Part shown: one piece after another, positions 27,122 through 39,000 of the stretch | Numbering within the stretch: the first letter of the stretch is position 1 | Layout: the number at the start of each line of letters is the position of its first letter | NCBI RefSeq assembly: GCF_004010195.1 | Contig: NC_057718.1 | Coordinates: forward strand, 30,634,767-30,698,766 | DNA from: Chiloscyllium plagiosum | Lineage: Eukaryota | DNA: 64,000 nt | Reading direction: 5' to 3' | Translations under genes and position numbers: made by a program | Notes under the pieces: generated by a model | What the model was told of the DNA's origin: nothing | The model's database searches: none | The model's input: only the letters and a program-made list of their open reading frames with translations

Positions 27122-29782
27122 TATGGGACTGCCATAGTGTTAAGGGTTTGGATGGGGAGAAATTTGTTAAATGTGTACAAGAAATTTTTCATATTCAGTA
27201 TGTGGATGTACCAACTAGAGAGGGAGCAAAACATCTCTTGCCAAATAGGGTAGGGCAAGTGACTGAGGTGACAGTGGGGAAGCACTTTGGGGCCTGTGAC
27301 CATAATTCTATTAGTTTTAAAATCGAATTATGGAAAAGGATAGACCTGACCTAAAATTTTAATTTCTAAATTAGAATAAGGCCACTTTTGATGATATCAG
27401 GCAAGACCTTTCAAAAGTTGATTGGGTGGGGTTATTTGCATTTTAAGGGATGGTTGGATAATGGGAGGCCTTCAAAACTGAGGTAAAGAGAGTCCAGATG
27501 CAGTATGTTCCTGTTAGTGTGACGGGTAAGGCTAATAGTGTAGGGATTGCTGGATGACTAGAGAAATTGAACTCTGATAAAAAAAAAAGAAGGAAGCATA
27601 TGGCAGGTATGGATAGCTGGAATCGAGTGAATCCCTTGGAGTATAACGGCAGTTGGAGTTTACTCAAGAAGGAAATCAGAAGGGCAAAAAGGGAATATGG
27701 GATAGCTTTGGCAAATAGGGTTAAGGAGAATCCAAAGAAATTCTGCCAGTACTTTAAGGGCAAAAGTTTAATTAGGGAAAGTAGGGTCCCTTAAAGATAA
27801 GACCCTCTATGTATAGAATTGCACGAGATGGGTATGATACTAAATGAGTATTTCGTGCCAGTATTTACTGTGGAGAAGGATATGGAAGCTAGAGAACTTC
27901 GGGAAATAAATAGTGATATATTGAGAATTATTTTTAATAGAGAGGAGGAGATGCTCCACATCTTAAAACACATAAAGGTAAATAAATCCCCAGGATCTGA
28001 TCGAGTGTATCCAATAACTTTGTGGAAAGCTAGGGAAATGATTTCTGGAATATTTGTATCATTAATAGCTATGGGTGAGGTGCCAGAAGACTGGCTAATA
28101 TGGTGCCATTATTTCGGAAAGGTAGTACGGAAAATCCGGGGAACTATACATCACTGAGCCTGACATCAGTAGTGGTAAGTTGTTGAAGGGATTCTGAGGG
28201 ACAAGATTTACAGATAGACAATCTTTTATCCGAAATCTGAAAAGCTCCAAAGTCCGAAGGTTTTTTTGTGAAGTTTTTTCTCATTAACAAGTTTGTTTGG
28301 CATGCAAACAGTTAACCTAAGTCAACACCCACTCAATGCGTGTCACTCAGATGCAACGTGGGGGGGCGTGGCCCAGCACCAACAGGCCGATTTTGTTTTA
28401 AGGCCTCATTTTACTTAATGAGTCATGCTCCTCTGGTAAGGTTTTTTAAATTTCACCATCAAACTCTCACTTATTCTGAATTTCGAAATATTCTGAATTC
28501 CGAAAACCAGCTGGTCCTGAGCATATTGGATAAAGGATTGTGCACCTATATTTGGAAAGGCAAGGAGTGATCAGGGTAGTCAACATGGCTTAGTGCATGG
28601 GAAATCGGTCCCACTAACTTGATTGAGTTTTTTGAAGGTATGATAAAGAAGATTGATGAAGGCATAGTGGTGGATGTTGTGTATATATAGACTTCAAGCA
28701 AGGCATTCAACAAGGTTCGCATGGTAGACTGGTTAACAAGGTTAGATCTCATGGAATACAGAGAAAGCTAGTCATTTGGTTACAAATTTGTCTTGAAGGA
28801 AGGAGACAGAGGGTGGTGGTGGAAGGTCTGAAGGCCTGTGACCAGCTGGGTCCACTGCTTTTTGTCATTTGTATGAATGATTTGGATGTGAATTTAGGAG
28901 GAATAGTTAGTAAAATTGCAGATGACACCAAAATTGGTGCTGTAATGGACAGTAGAGAAGATTATTTCAGAGTACAATGGGACCTTGACCGAGGAGTGGC
29001 AGATGGAGTTTAATTTAGATAAATGTGAGGTATTGCATTTTGGTAAGGCAAATCAGGGCAGAACTTAGACACTTCATGGTAAGGTCCTGTGGAGTGTTGC
29101 CTAACAAAGAGACCTTTGGGTGCAGGTTCATAGTTCCTTGAAGGTGCAATCACAGGTAGCCATGGTAGTGAAAAAGACATTTGCCATTATCGGTCAGTAC
29201 ATTGAGTATAGGAGTTGGGATGTCATGTTGCTGCTGTACAGGGCACTGGTTCGGCCATTTTTGGAATACTGCATTCAATTCTGGTCTCCCTGCTATAGGA
29301 AAGTGTTCAGAAAAGATTTACAAGGGAGTTGTCAGGTTTGGAGGATTTGAGCTTTGGAGAGAGGCTGAGTAGGCTGGTGCTATTTTCCCTGGGGCTTCAG
29401 AGGATGAGGGATGTTCTTATAGAAGTTTATGAAATCATGAAGGGCGTGGTTAGGGTGAATAGCCAAGGTATTTTTCCCCGGATAGGGGAGTCCAAAACTA
29501 GATGACATAGGTTTAAGGTGTGAGGGGAAGGACTTAAAAGGCAACCTAAAGGGCAACATTTTTCATGTAGAGGGTGGTACATGTATGGAACGAGCTGCCA
29601 GAGGAAGTGATGGAGGCTGGTACAATTACAACATTTAAAAAGGCAACTGGATGGGTACATAAATAGGAAGGGTTTAGAGGGATATTGTCCAAATGGACTG
29701 GATTAATTTAAGATATCTGGTCGGCTTGGACAAGTTGGACTAAAGACTGTGTTTCCGTGCTGTAAAACTCTATGACTCTATG
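27122..29782 (+). mobile_element. CR1 LINE, most of ORF2 + 3' UTR, decayed and interrupted by a MITE
   Basis: WDCHSVKG...DHNSISF (end of endonuclease), KENPKKF, LGPLLFVICMNDLD..IADDTKI (RT), LYRALVRPFLEYC. Ends in a ctctatgactctatg tail. Confidence 0.93.
28211..28548. mobile_element. Non-autonomous Tc1/mariner-pogo (Tigger-like) MITE
   Basis: Imperfect ~21-bp TIRs cagatagacaatcttttatcc / ggataaaggattgtgcaccta, with TA on both flanks (28209-10, 28549-50). Interrupts otherwise contiguous CR1 RT sequence. Confidence 0.75.
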
Positions 29783-30607
29783 TAACATCTATACCTAAGA
29801 CACCCACTCCTTAGACCCATTTTGTTAAATAGCCCACTAGCATTCACTGTTGAGGTTCATATGGGAAGGAGAGCAAGAAAGACTAAAAATTAAATAAAGG
29901 ACCATTACTGTATGAGTTTTTTTTTTGCTTCACATCTCTCTCTAACTTGCTGCTTTGCACAAGTAAGGTAAATGGACTGCATTAGTAATTAAGCAGTAAT
30001 GATATGAACCAGTGATGCATCCTTTGAATCAAAGAGCTAAGCAATGCCATATGATTCCAGCAAGCAATTTAGCAAATGCCTTCCTTACCTAATATTAGAG
30101 TGGATACTTCAGGTTTTATTGCAAGGATAAAGATAATGCTGTCAGGATTAGATCAGATTAAGAATGAAGGCAGCCAGGGGAACTGGTGAAGGAGGCTGCT
30201 GTCTCCTTCTTATGCATAGCTCACATATGGACTTTCTGCAGATTAAGTAGGTGAAGTAAGGTCTAACCAAAAGCTTTAAAATTAAATTTGTTCCTTGTAG
30301 AAGTACAGAAAAATAACTTGCTCTTAGTTGTTATTCCTCTGCTTATTTTAGACTAAACTGTCAAACTGTGAAGAAATTATGAGGGACATGCATCACTTTA
30401 GTTTTCTATGAATCATTGGCCAACAGATCAGTAAAAATTACATTTTAAAAATAATGTTCATTTTTAAATATCTCAAATTTTAACAGTTTACAGTAACATA
30501 CATGAAATTCACTTCTCCTGCTTTTACATAAACAACATAGTTAAGTTTAATACAAGGTGGCTCTAAAACTCTTTTCCTGCATTTTATTTTTCTCCTCTCA
30601 ATGTCAG

Positions 30608-30671
30608 CTTGTTTCTGGACCAGTACAGAGCCAGCCTTGTTGATGCAATGAAGAGATTACTCAAACCTAAT
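30608..30671 (+). CDS. CAMKMT: Calmodulin-lysine N-methyltransferase, internal coding exon (64 bp, phase 2/0)
   Basis: Polypyrimidine tract + tcag|C...AAT|gtaaga. Translates (C)[21 protein letters not shown] versus human [22 protein letters not shown]. Phase joins the previous exon (TG+C = Cys). Confidence 0.96.
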
Positions 30672-31030
30672 GTAAGAGTGTTTCAATTTTCATCTGAGCA
30701 CAGACTTCAGAATAATTAGACCGCTGCACAGTGATTGAGAATGTAGTGGAATGGCAGGATTAATGTCATGTAATACTTTAATACTTATTATGTACAACTT
30801 CAATTGAGTCCTGTCTGATTCTTTCTCAATCACAAAATGGAAAACTTCTTGTGTTCAGCTGACTGATAAGATGTGCAGGATGATGCTAAAGAAATGAAAA
30901 ACACTCTGAAGATGCATAATATTTTGTTTTAATCAAACTCAGTAATCAAAATGTATGAGGCATGTTTCTCTTTCAAAAAAAAACTAGTTACTAAATTACT
31001 TATTACCAGTAACTGTGATCAACTAAACAT

Positions 31031-31340
31031 TTAAAATAACACAAACTTCCAAAGTTTGAACCTTTGACCACTTTTCAACAAGAGTTCTTTGATATTCATT
31101 TGGAATATTCAAATACTTCAAATGTTAAGTTATAACAAATTTATTTGAAAGAAGGCATAAACATTCTTCCTTGTTTAAAATATGAAAAAGTAAATAAAAG
31201 GAAGAATGTTTATGCCTTCTTTCAAATAAATTTGTTATAACTTAACATTTGAAGTATTTGAATATTCCAAATGAATATCGAAGAACACTTGTTGAAAAGG
31301 TGGTCAAAGGTTCAAACTTTGGAAGTTAGTGTAATTTCAA
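31031..31340. repeat. Long near-perfect inverted repeat (arms ~142/143 bp, spacer ~25 bp)
   Basis: 31031-31172 is the reverse complement of 31198-31340, with about five substitutions and one 1-bp indel by manual alignment. Confidence 0.95.
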
Positions 31341-33149
31341 TTTTTTATGAAAATATAAAAATGTCCATGTTCTCCCACCAATCAGATGTCCTCCTGTTTA
31401 ATCTTCAGTCAGTATGAATTACCTGATCTTTGACATTGCAGCAACAGACACACTGAAATTGACTCACTTCCCTTTGTTTACTAAAGAGGAAAATCCAGAA
31501 AATCACTCCATAATTTCCACGCTTGGCCACTATCCAATGACTCTTTTTAGACTGTTTTTAGCTGTTGACGTGGAGTTACTTCAGGATTAGGTTTGGCAGT
31601 GAGTTTGATTGTTGCTCATTTTGTCTAATGCAAATTGTTTTGACTTTTACCCATTAACACCACTTGATCAAGGTCCGTAGAATTGGTTGCACTCCTGGAA
31701 CCATGGCCTTGTGAGAGTCGTCATCAAAAAGAAGTGGAGAATATTTTAGAAAGTAAAGAAATTCGGGATATGTACCAGCCTAGATTTTATGACGGCTATA
31801 CAATCATTATTCCAGCGTAGGAGGGAAATATACATGGGCACCTTGCAAAATCCCTATCTGAGCAGAATTTAAAGGAATTTCCTAGATGGGCAATTACTCA
31901 ATGCCTGAAACTGTCTGAAAGTCTATTGGAGACTTTGCAGGATTTCGATGGAATTAGGGAAAATAACTATTCAGGAAAGATTAGATAATTAAATACGTGG
32001 TCGAACTCCTGAGTAATTGTTAAATTGACCCCAAGGTTAACTCACATCCCCAACTACACCTCCCCAAGATCACATTATTATCCTAGACCCTGACACAGCA
32101 ATATCCCGAAACCTGACCACACCCCCAACCCAGACTGGACCAGACCCAAACTACAGTCACTGGACCTGAACTCTCACTATCTTCCAACTTGACTCACATC
32201 CCCTGCCACCAAACTCTGTAGTCCCATGGCCCAACCCTGACTAGAGCAGACACCGCTTTCTGCCTCATTGGACTTGCTGCTGCACCCAATAACATCTCCC
32301 CCTCTTCCCCCCACATCCCCCTCCCCATCTGGATCACCTGTCACTGGTCAACATAACCACAATGCCACTTTTACTGACATGCTTTCTCTACAACTAGACC
32401 TTACCCACTCCCAGGAATCTACCCTGCCACTACTGGATACCGCAGCCCTGACTCACATGTTCCCTGCTCTTCACTGGTCACTCTTTCTCCAAAATATCTA
32501 CTCTAACCACTGCAATACTTACCTTGCCACATTGCACCCTAGCATCCTACCTACTTAGCACACTACCCCTCCTAATCTGGCTATCTTCCTCAGCTGGTAC
32601 CAAGCCTACCTGGCGCATACCACCACCTACGCATCACACCCCTACTCTCCCAGTATATTAACACCACCTCCCCACCACCACCTGAACATCACACTTAGTT
32701 TATGTATTTATCCTTTGGTAGCAGCTGTCAAAATGGCTGACTGCACTTTTAAATTTCAGAATATGGCAAATGACTGTGGACTAATCCAAAAAATTAATTA
32801 TTTCAAATTTTTGATGCATTTTGTTTGAAATTGCCACTTTGCTGTGTCATTTATGTTGATTAATTCAAATTATTGGGTAGTTAAATGTTTTTAAGGCCTA
32901 AGATAAATTCAAATTATCAGAAGTATTATGTATGTTATTTGAACCTAATAATATGTGTGTGTATAAAAGGTTTAAGTTGCTTCAGTTTCCCAATGTTGAC
33001 ATTAAACTAGGTAAGTGAGGTGTCTTTTACAATATAATATATTAATCCATGTTTTGTTGCTTAAAGTAGAACATTATATTGTGTGGTTGGCAGAATTGAA
33101 ATATTCATGTGAATAATGACACAAAATCATAAATGTAATTTCTTTTTAG

Positions 33150-33281
33150 GGAAAAGTGCTTGTGTTTGCCCCTCAGAGAGGCGGTACCTTAAACCAGTTT
33201 TGCAGCCTTGCAGAGAAAGCTTGCTTAACTGCCCAGAGGCTTATGAATTACGACGACCATGTTTGGAACTTTCATCTCAAG
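33150..33281 (+). CDS. CAMKMT: Calmodulin-lysine N-methyltransferase, penultimate coding exon (132 bp, phase 0/0)
   Basis: tttctttttag|GGA...AAG|gtcaga. Translates [44 protein letters not shown] versus human [44 protein letters not shown]. Confidence 0.96.
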
Positions 33282-34706
33282 GTCAGAGCACTACGAAATT
33301 AGGGTAGCATCACAATCCATTTTACATTAAGAAGGGATCACAAGAGTTTTTTGGCAGATACCTTAAATGCCTTTGACTACAATATCCCCCCTGGCATCTC
33401 CTCCTTTATTATATTAATTATGTTCTTGCACAGCAAATCCTCTCAGACTACCTTGCCTGAAGCTGTTCATTATAGGAAGTGTTTATTAACATTTTCTACA
33501 TAATCTTTATGATGACAGCTCCACATTTTTATTATTTTGCTAGGTTTTGTTCTTGTTGGCATTCTGTTAGCCAGTACCCTGGGCAGAACCTAACTGTGTT
33601 TGCTACTTAAGTAAAAAACCCCACCAATTGACTCAGTAGTCCTCATTAGCTTTACTAATGGCATTGTGTGCTATTTTTAGTCCCACTGGGCAGCCATTCT
33701 GAGCATATATATGTTTTCCTTGGCTTTGGTTGAACCAATCTCATTCAATAAGTGGTTGATTTCCTTCTTTTAAAAGGACTGACTCTTTCTGGGCGCTGAT
33801 TTTCCTTTAATGTGTTGTCCAAATAAACTATCCTCATCTTAGAAAGTTGTTCAGCTCTGTAGGACATCACAACGGAAGCCAATTCTATTCTCAACTAATA
33901 TCCACACATACAACCACCTAGTGCTGATCAGGAATGAAGAATTCTAGCTGATGATTTTTTTTCATGCTTTTCCTAGTCCAGTAGAATTACTGACTATTGT
34001 AATTACTACTTTCCAAAACTGACTAATAACAGCAAACTTAGCACAGATTATCAACCTTGGGGCCCTCCAAAAATACTATTCTATTTTCTATTAACTAAAA
34101 TCATCCACAGAACCTTTGATCCTAACTCTAGTAAAATAGTCATAGTCATAGAGTCATAGTGAATCATTGATGGTTCCTACAAGTGTATTTAAGAAAAACC
34201 CTATTTAGTTCAGATTTTAGAGCCCTTAAGTGTCAGTGTCTCTGCATTTAGACTCCTCTCATAGCAGAATTGTCCCAGTTTTTTACAATGAGAATGCAGG
34301 GAATTGACAAAAGTACACAGTTTGCTGCAATCTGAATGAACCAGATGTAAATGTTGAAGTATTAATTTTTATAGACATCTATTGCACATCTCCCAATAAG
34401 ATAATAACATAATTCTTCACCTTGTATATGACTTGATTCCTTTGAATCAATGTTTCTTCAGTCTTCCAATTGTAAATTTTAAAATCTATTTGCATCTATA
34501 TTTAATCCTTTCTCAAGATATCCATTTAGGTTCTCACCCCATCAACAGCATTAAAACTGCACGACCGTAGTCAAACATTTTATGCTCATTCTTCTCAACC
34601 TCTCCATTCCTTCGACAGTACTCGTTAAAGATATCTTCTTTTTGGTCCAGTTCCATGATATTGCGGTCTATCTGCTCACAACACTCCAGACTGCATTCTA
34701 TTTTGT

Positions 34707-34925
34707 ACAAAGTACTGGAGGAATGCAGCTGTCTCGCAGCATCTGTGGAGAGAAAAGGAGTTAAAATTGAATCCAATGTTAACATGGAGTCCACCTGGAC
34801 TCTAAGTTCTGAGAGAAGAATCATATTATACTCAAAACATTAGCTTTGCTTTCTCTTTCCTTATTTTCTCCAGGACTTTGTTTTATTTCAGATCAACAGT
34901 ATCTCCAATATTTTATTTTGTTTTT
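34707..34925. mobile_element. Older fold-back PLE-like repeat (second family)
   Basis: Similar to 11897-12095, with a decayed ctga..gaagaatcat....actcaaaacatt box. Confidence 0.5.
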
Positions 34926-35904
34926 AGTTTAGATATTTACATATCTCAGGAGTTACTGCCTGAGGTGGGGTGGGGCATTCGGAATTGATTTTTAAAATAT
35001 TTTTCTCCTCTTCTTACCAAAATGTGTTTTTAGTCTTTTCATTCTTTAATTTTCTGTTTCGATGTGAGTCACTGTGTGTTGCCCCATTATCCTTTGTTTG
35101 TTGATTTCAATTTTTCAGTGACCCTCAATAAACTGTCTTTTGTGTTAAAACAGAAGTTGGTTTTATTCATTCTGGGATCAGTACCTAAACTCCTTACTCA
35201 AAATCTAATTTCACAAATGTAAAGTATCTTCTGCCTTAAGAACAACTGCTTAACACAGCCATCTTCAGCTAAGAATCTTGTAGGACTGGCATGAACTGAA
35301 AATAAAACTGAAAGGCTTTTCCCCACGTTTTGGGTGATTTTCCCTCAGCTTAAAAAATGCAAGCCTAGAATCTTCCTATCGATAGCCTATTGTTCTACAC
35401 TGTATTTTATTTGTTTGCTTGCTTGCAATCTCTCCCAATATAAACAAAGCCCTTTGTTCTTGGAGGCTTTCACTGTCAAGCTTTTCTTAAATAAATTACC
35501 ATTGCTATAGAAATTAAATTAGATTAGATTCCCTTCAGCCCAACAAGTCCACACCAACCCTCTGAAGAGTAACCCAATATTTACATGTTAATCATTAAAC
35601 CTCTTCAGATACTCCGAAAACCTATATACCACTCATTCAAAATTTAAAAGTCCAAAATCTGAAATAAATAATATTAAAATATATCTAAATTACACAACCA
35701 ATATCATACTCTAAAGCAATAAAACATCCCAGTGCACTTCACAGAAGCATAATTAAACAAAATTTAACATTAAGGAGATATAAGGGCAGATGACCAAATC
35801 TTGGTCAAAGAGAGGTTTTAAAGGAGTGCTTTAAATAATGAACAAATATGAAGAGGTTTGGGCGGGAAATTCCAGAGCTGAGACCCATGCTAATTCAAGG
35901 TATG

Positions 35905-36040
35905 AAACAAAACCTGAAATTGCTGGTGAAACTCAGCAGATCTGGCACCATCTGTGGGAAGAAAGCAGAGTTAAAATTTTGAGTATGGTGACGGTTTATA
36001 TTTCAGATCTCCAGCATCTGCAGTGCTTTGTTTTATTTTA
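35905..36040. mobile_element. Older PLE-like repeat fragment (second family)
   Basis: gaaattgctggtgaaactcagcagatctggcaccatctgtgg ... atttcagatctccagcatctgcagtgctttgtttt. Confidence 0.55.
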
Positions 36041-39000
36041 GTGTGTAATTCAAGGCATGGCTGCCATTAGTGCAAGAGGCCAGAAGCAGAGAAGCACAGA
36101 TATTCTAGAGGATTAGAGGGCTGGAGGTTAGAGTTATGGAGGGCTATATCAATGGAGTGATCCGAAAACAAGAATGAGAATTTTAAAATCAAGGTGCTGT
36201 TTAATTGGGAGCCAATGGTCCAGCAAGCATCGGAGATATGGATGAATGGCTCTTGGTATGAATTAAGTTATAGGCAGCAAAATATTGTTGAGCTGCAATT
36301 TCCAGCTGGCATCCAAGTGAGCACTGGAATAGTTGAGCCTTGAGATAACAGAAGAATAGCTATGGATTTCAGCACTGAAGAGCTGAGGTAGGACAGGGTG
36401 AGACTGTGTTACATGGGTTGAAATGGAAGGCCTTGGTGAGGCAGCGGACATTTGGTTGAAAGCTCAACTTGGGACCAAATACAACACTTGGTTGTGAACA
36501 GTCTAAATAGGCTTCAGAGAGTTATCATGAAGAAGATTGGAGTTATTAGCTTTAACCCAGTAACTGGGTCAAAAATAATGGGTTCGGTGTTCCCAGTTTT
36601 TAGTCAGAGAAAATTTCTGCTTATCCAGTACTGGATATCGGATAGTGATTGGATCAAGAGAGGTGGGGGTGAGATAAAGCTAGGTGTTATCAGTGTACAT
36701 TTGGAACTTGACACTCTGTTTTCAAGCTTTCTCACTAAGGGGCAGCATGCAGAAAAGAACTAGGAGTTGTCAGGTGCAATGTTGTTTCCTGCATGCCCAA
36801 ATAATGTCAGAAGGCACACTCCCAATAGTTGAAGAACTATTTATTATAATGCTTGAAATATGATGAACACGGAAAATTTTAAATGATTGCTTAATGACTG
36901 TTAAATCTCCTGTTGTACTCCCCTGTGTCAGATAATATGCTGTTTCACAGATATAATGTCCATCATGTTATGCAACAAATTCTTTCACTATCAATTTGAA
37001 GTTCTATATTAAACTAACATATTCTTTGTAGCCAGAGATTCTAATTGCGAGAAGTAAACATACCCTAAGGGCACTGAGTCTTTTTGTGATGAAGAAAACT
37101 TAGTAAATAGCTTCTTGAAGCTCAGCAGTATATCAGATCTTGAAATTGTTGTGCACTTATAACAAAGTATGTTACAAATTTGTGCATGCTGACATTTATT
37201 GAATATATTTTCAATATGATCAGTGACCAGTTGTATTTACTGTACAGAGAAAAGTTAATATGCATATTGATCATTTCCAATTCTCATGAACTAATGCCCT
37301 GCAAATTTTCTTTGCTTTCTGCAATTTGCTTGCCTTCCTTTCCTCTGCTGAAACTGTTGACTACTTCTTCAAGTGGATGTTAATCTTAGATGTAAGGAGG
37401 TTATTCAAGGGCTTCAATCTTCATTTAAGATTACATATGCACAGTGCCATTGAATAATATTCAAGCTGATACCCATTTCCTGATCTCAAAACCACTAGAT
37501 TCAATTTTCCTTCTTGTACTAACACCTTATTTTGTATTCAGTCTCAGGATGAAGGTGTCACTGAATGGGCCAGCATTTATTGCCCATTTTTAGTTATCCT
37601 TAAGGTGGTGGTGAGAAGCCTTAGTCCATTTTACATAACTAGAGTCACAATGGTGTTAGAATGGGAGTTCCAGGCATTTGGCCCAGTGACCCTGAATGGA
37701 TAGCAATGTATTTCCAAACAGAGATGGTAAGTTACTTGGAAATTGCAGTGGTGGTATACCCATGTATGCTGGAGATTAAAGTGTAACCTCGTTGCAGTCT
37801 GTTTAAGTAAATCTAAGTTAATTTTACATGCACATGAGAGATATGAGTTTTTTTAGTCAGCCCCTGCTGAGCCCCATCTTCATTCATGGAGTGACAATTT
37901 TGCATAGTTTGTATAGTTACTCAGCCCATTTAGCTGGACATTTCTTATATCATATAGCTGCACAGTATGGACACATATCACATACAGCCATGTCCTCATA
38001 TCACATACAGCCAAGTTCCCATATCACATACATGCACATCAGAACGTTGAACAGTGATTAGCAAACATCCCCAGTTTGGGCCTTATGATGAAGGGAAGGT
38101 CATTGATAAAGCAGTTAGGATAACTGATCTCTCACAACCATAACCATCTTCCTTTGTGGCAGCAGGTTACCCCATAAATGTATTTGATGGGATGTGATCT
38201 GAACTTGACAAGCTACAAAGATATCAGATTTACTTCCTGACCAGTGCTGAAATGATTGGTTAGCTTTGATAATGATGTGCTATGGGAGGAAATAATCAGG
38301 TATTAAGTAACCCACTGAGTACTTACTGGAGGAAACAATGGGCAAGGTGCCTGCAGGACTTATATTCATTTTAGGAGTGAAAGCGGTGTTTGAAAGGGGC
38401 AGTCACAATGATCCTCATGACAAGATTACCAAGATGCTGTTTCCAGATCTTGCTAAATGTGACAACTTTTGTGAAGTTTTGATAAGCTGTTTTGGTATCT
38501 GTATCAGACACTACAAGATTTAGGTCAAGAGCACTTAATTTGGTACAATATTATCTGCTATGCCTTCTTGCTCAATGTTACCTATTTCTGAAATATGTTC
38601 TGTCATCTGGCAGGCTGCTATGTGACTTATGGGTAACTGTCAGTAAATTCAATTCTAGACCTTTGGATTAAACGAAATCAAAGAGGGACTTTGATCTATG
38701 ACTAGGCACAAAATCAGCATGTTTTTAGCTGTTTCTACATTTTCTTGTCGACTGTGATAGAGAACTGTGCATATAATATTGTAATTTCTTTTGCACTAAA
38801 GGACATTTTTTTTTACTACTCAGGAATTGCTGTCACGTTCAGCTGAAGTTATACAAGTAGCCTTAATAGATGAATTCACAAAACTGACAACAGAGTAGGA
38901 GTAGGGCTATCAAATTTACTTAAAACCAATTTTTGTACGACTTGAAATGTATTCAAATATTTAATAGTATATCATCTCCTTAGTGGTATTACAATATGAA

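Noticed and set aside
33116..33307. ORF-track 63-aa ORF (MTQNHKCNFF...)
   Set aside because: Wrong frame; it overlaps the real CAMKMT exon 33150-33281, which is read in another frame between splice sites.
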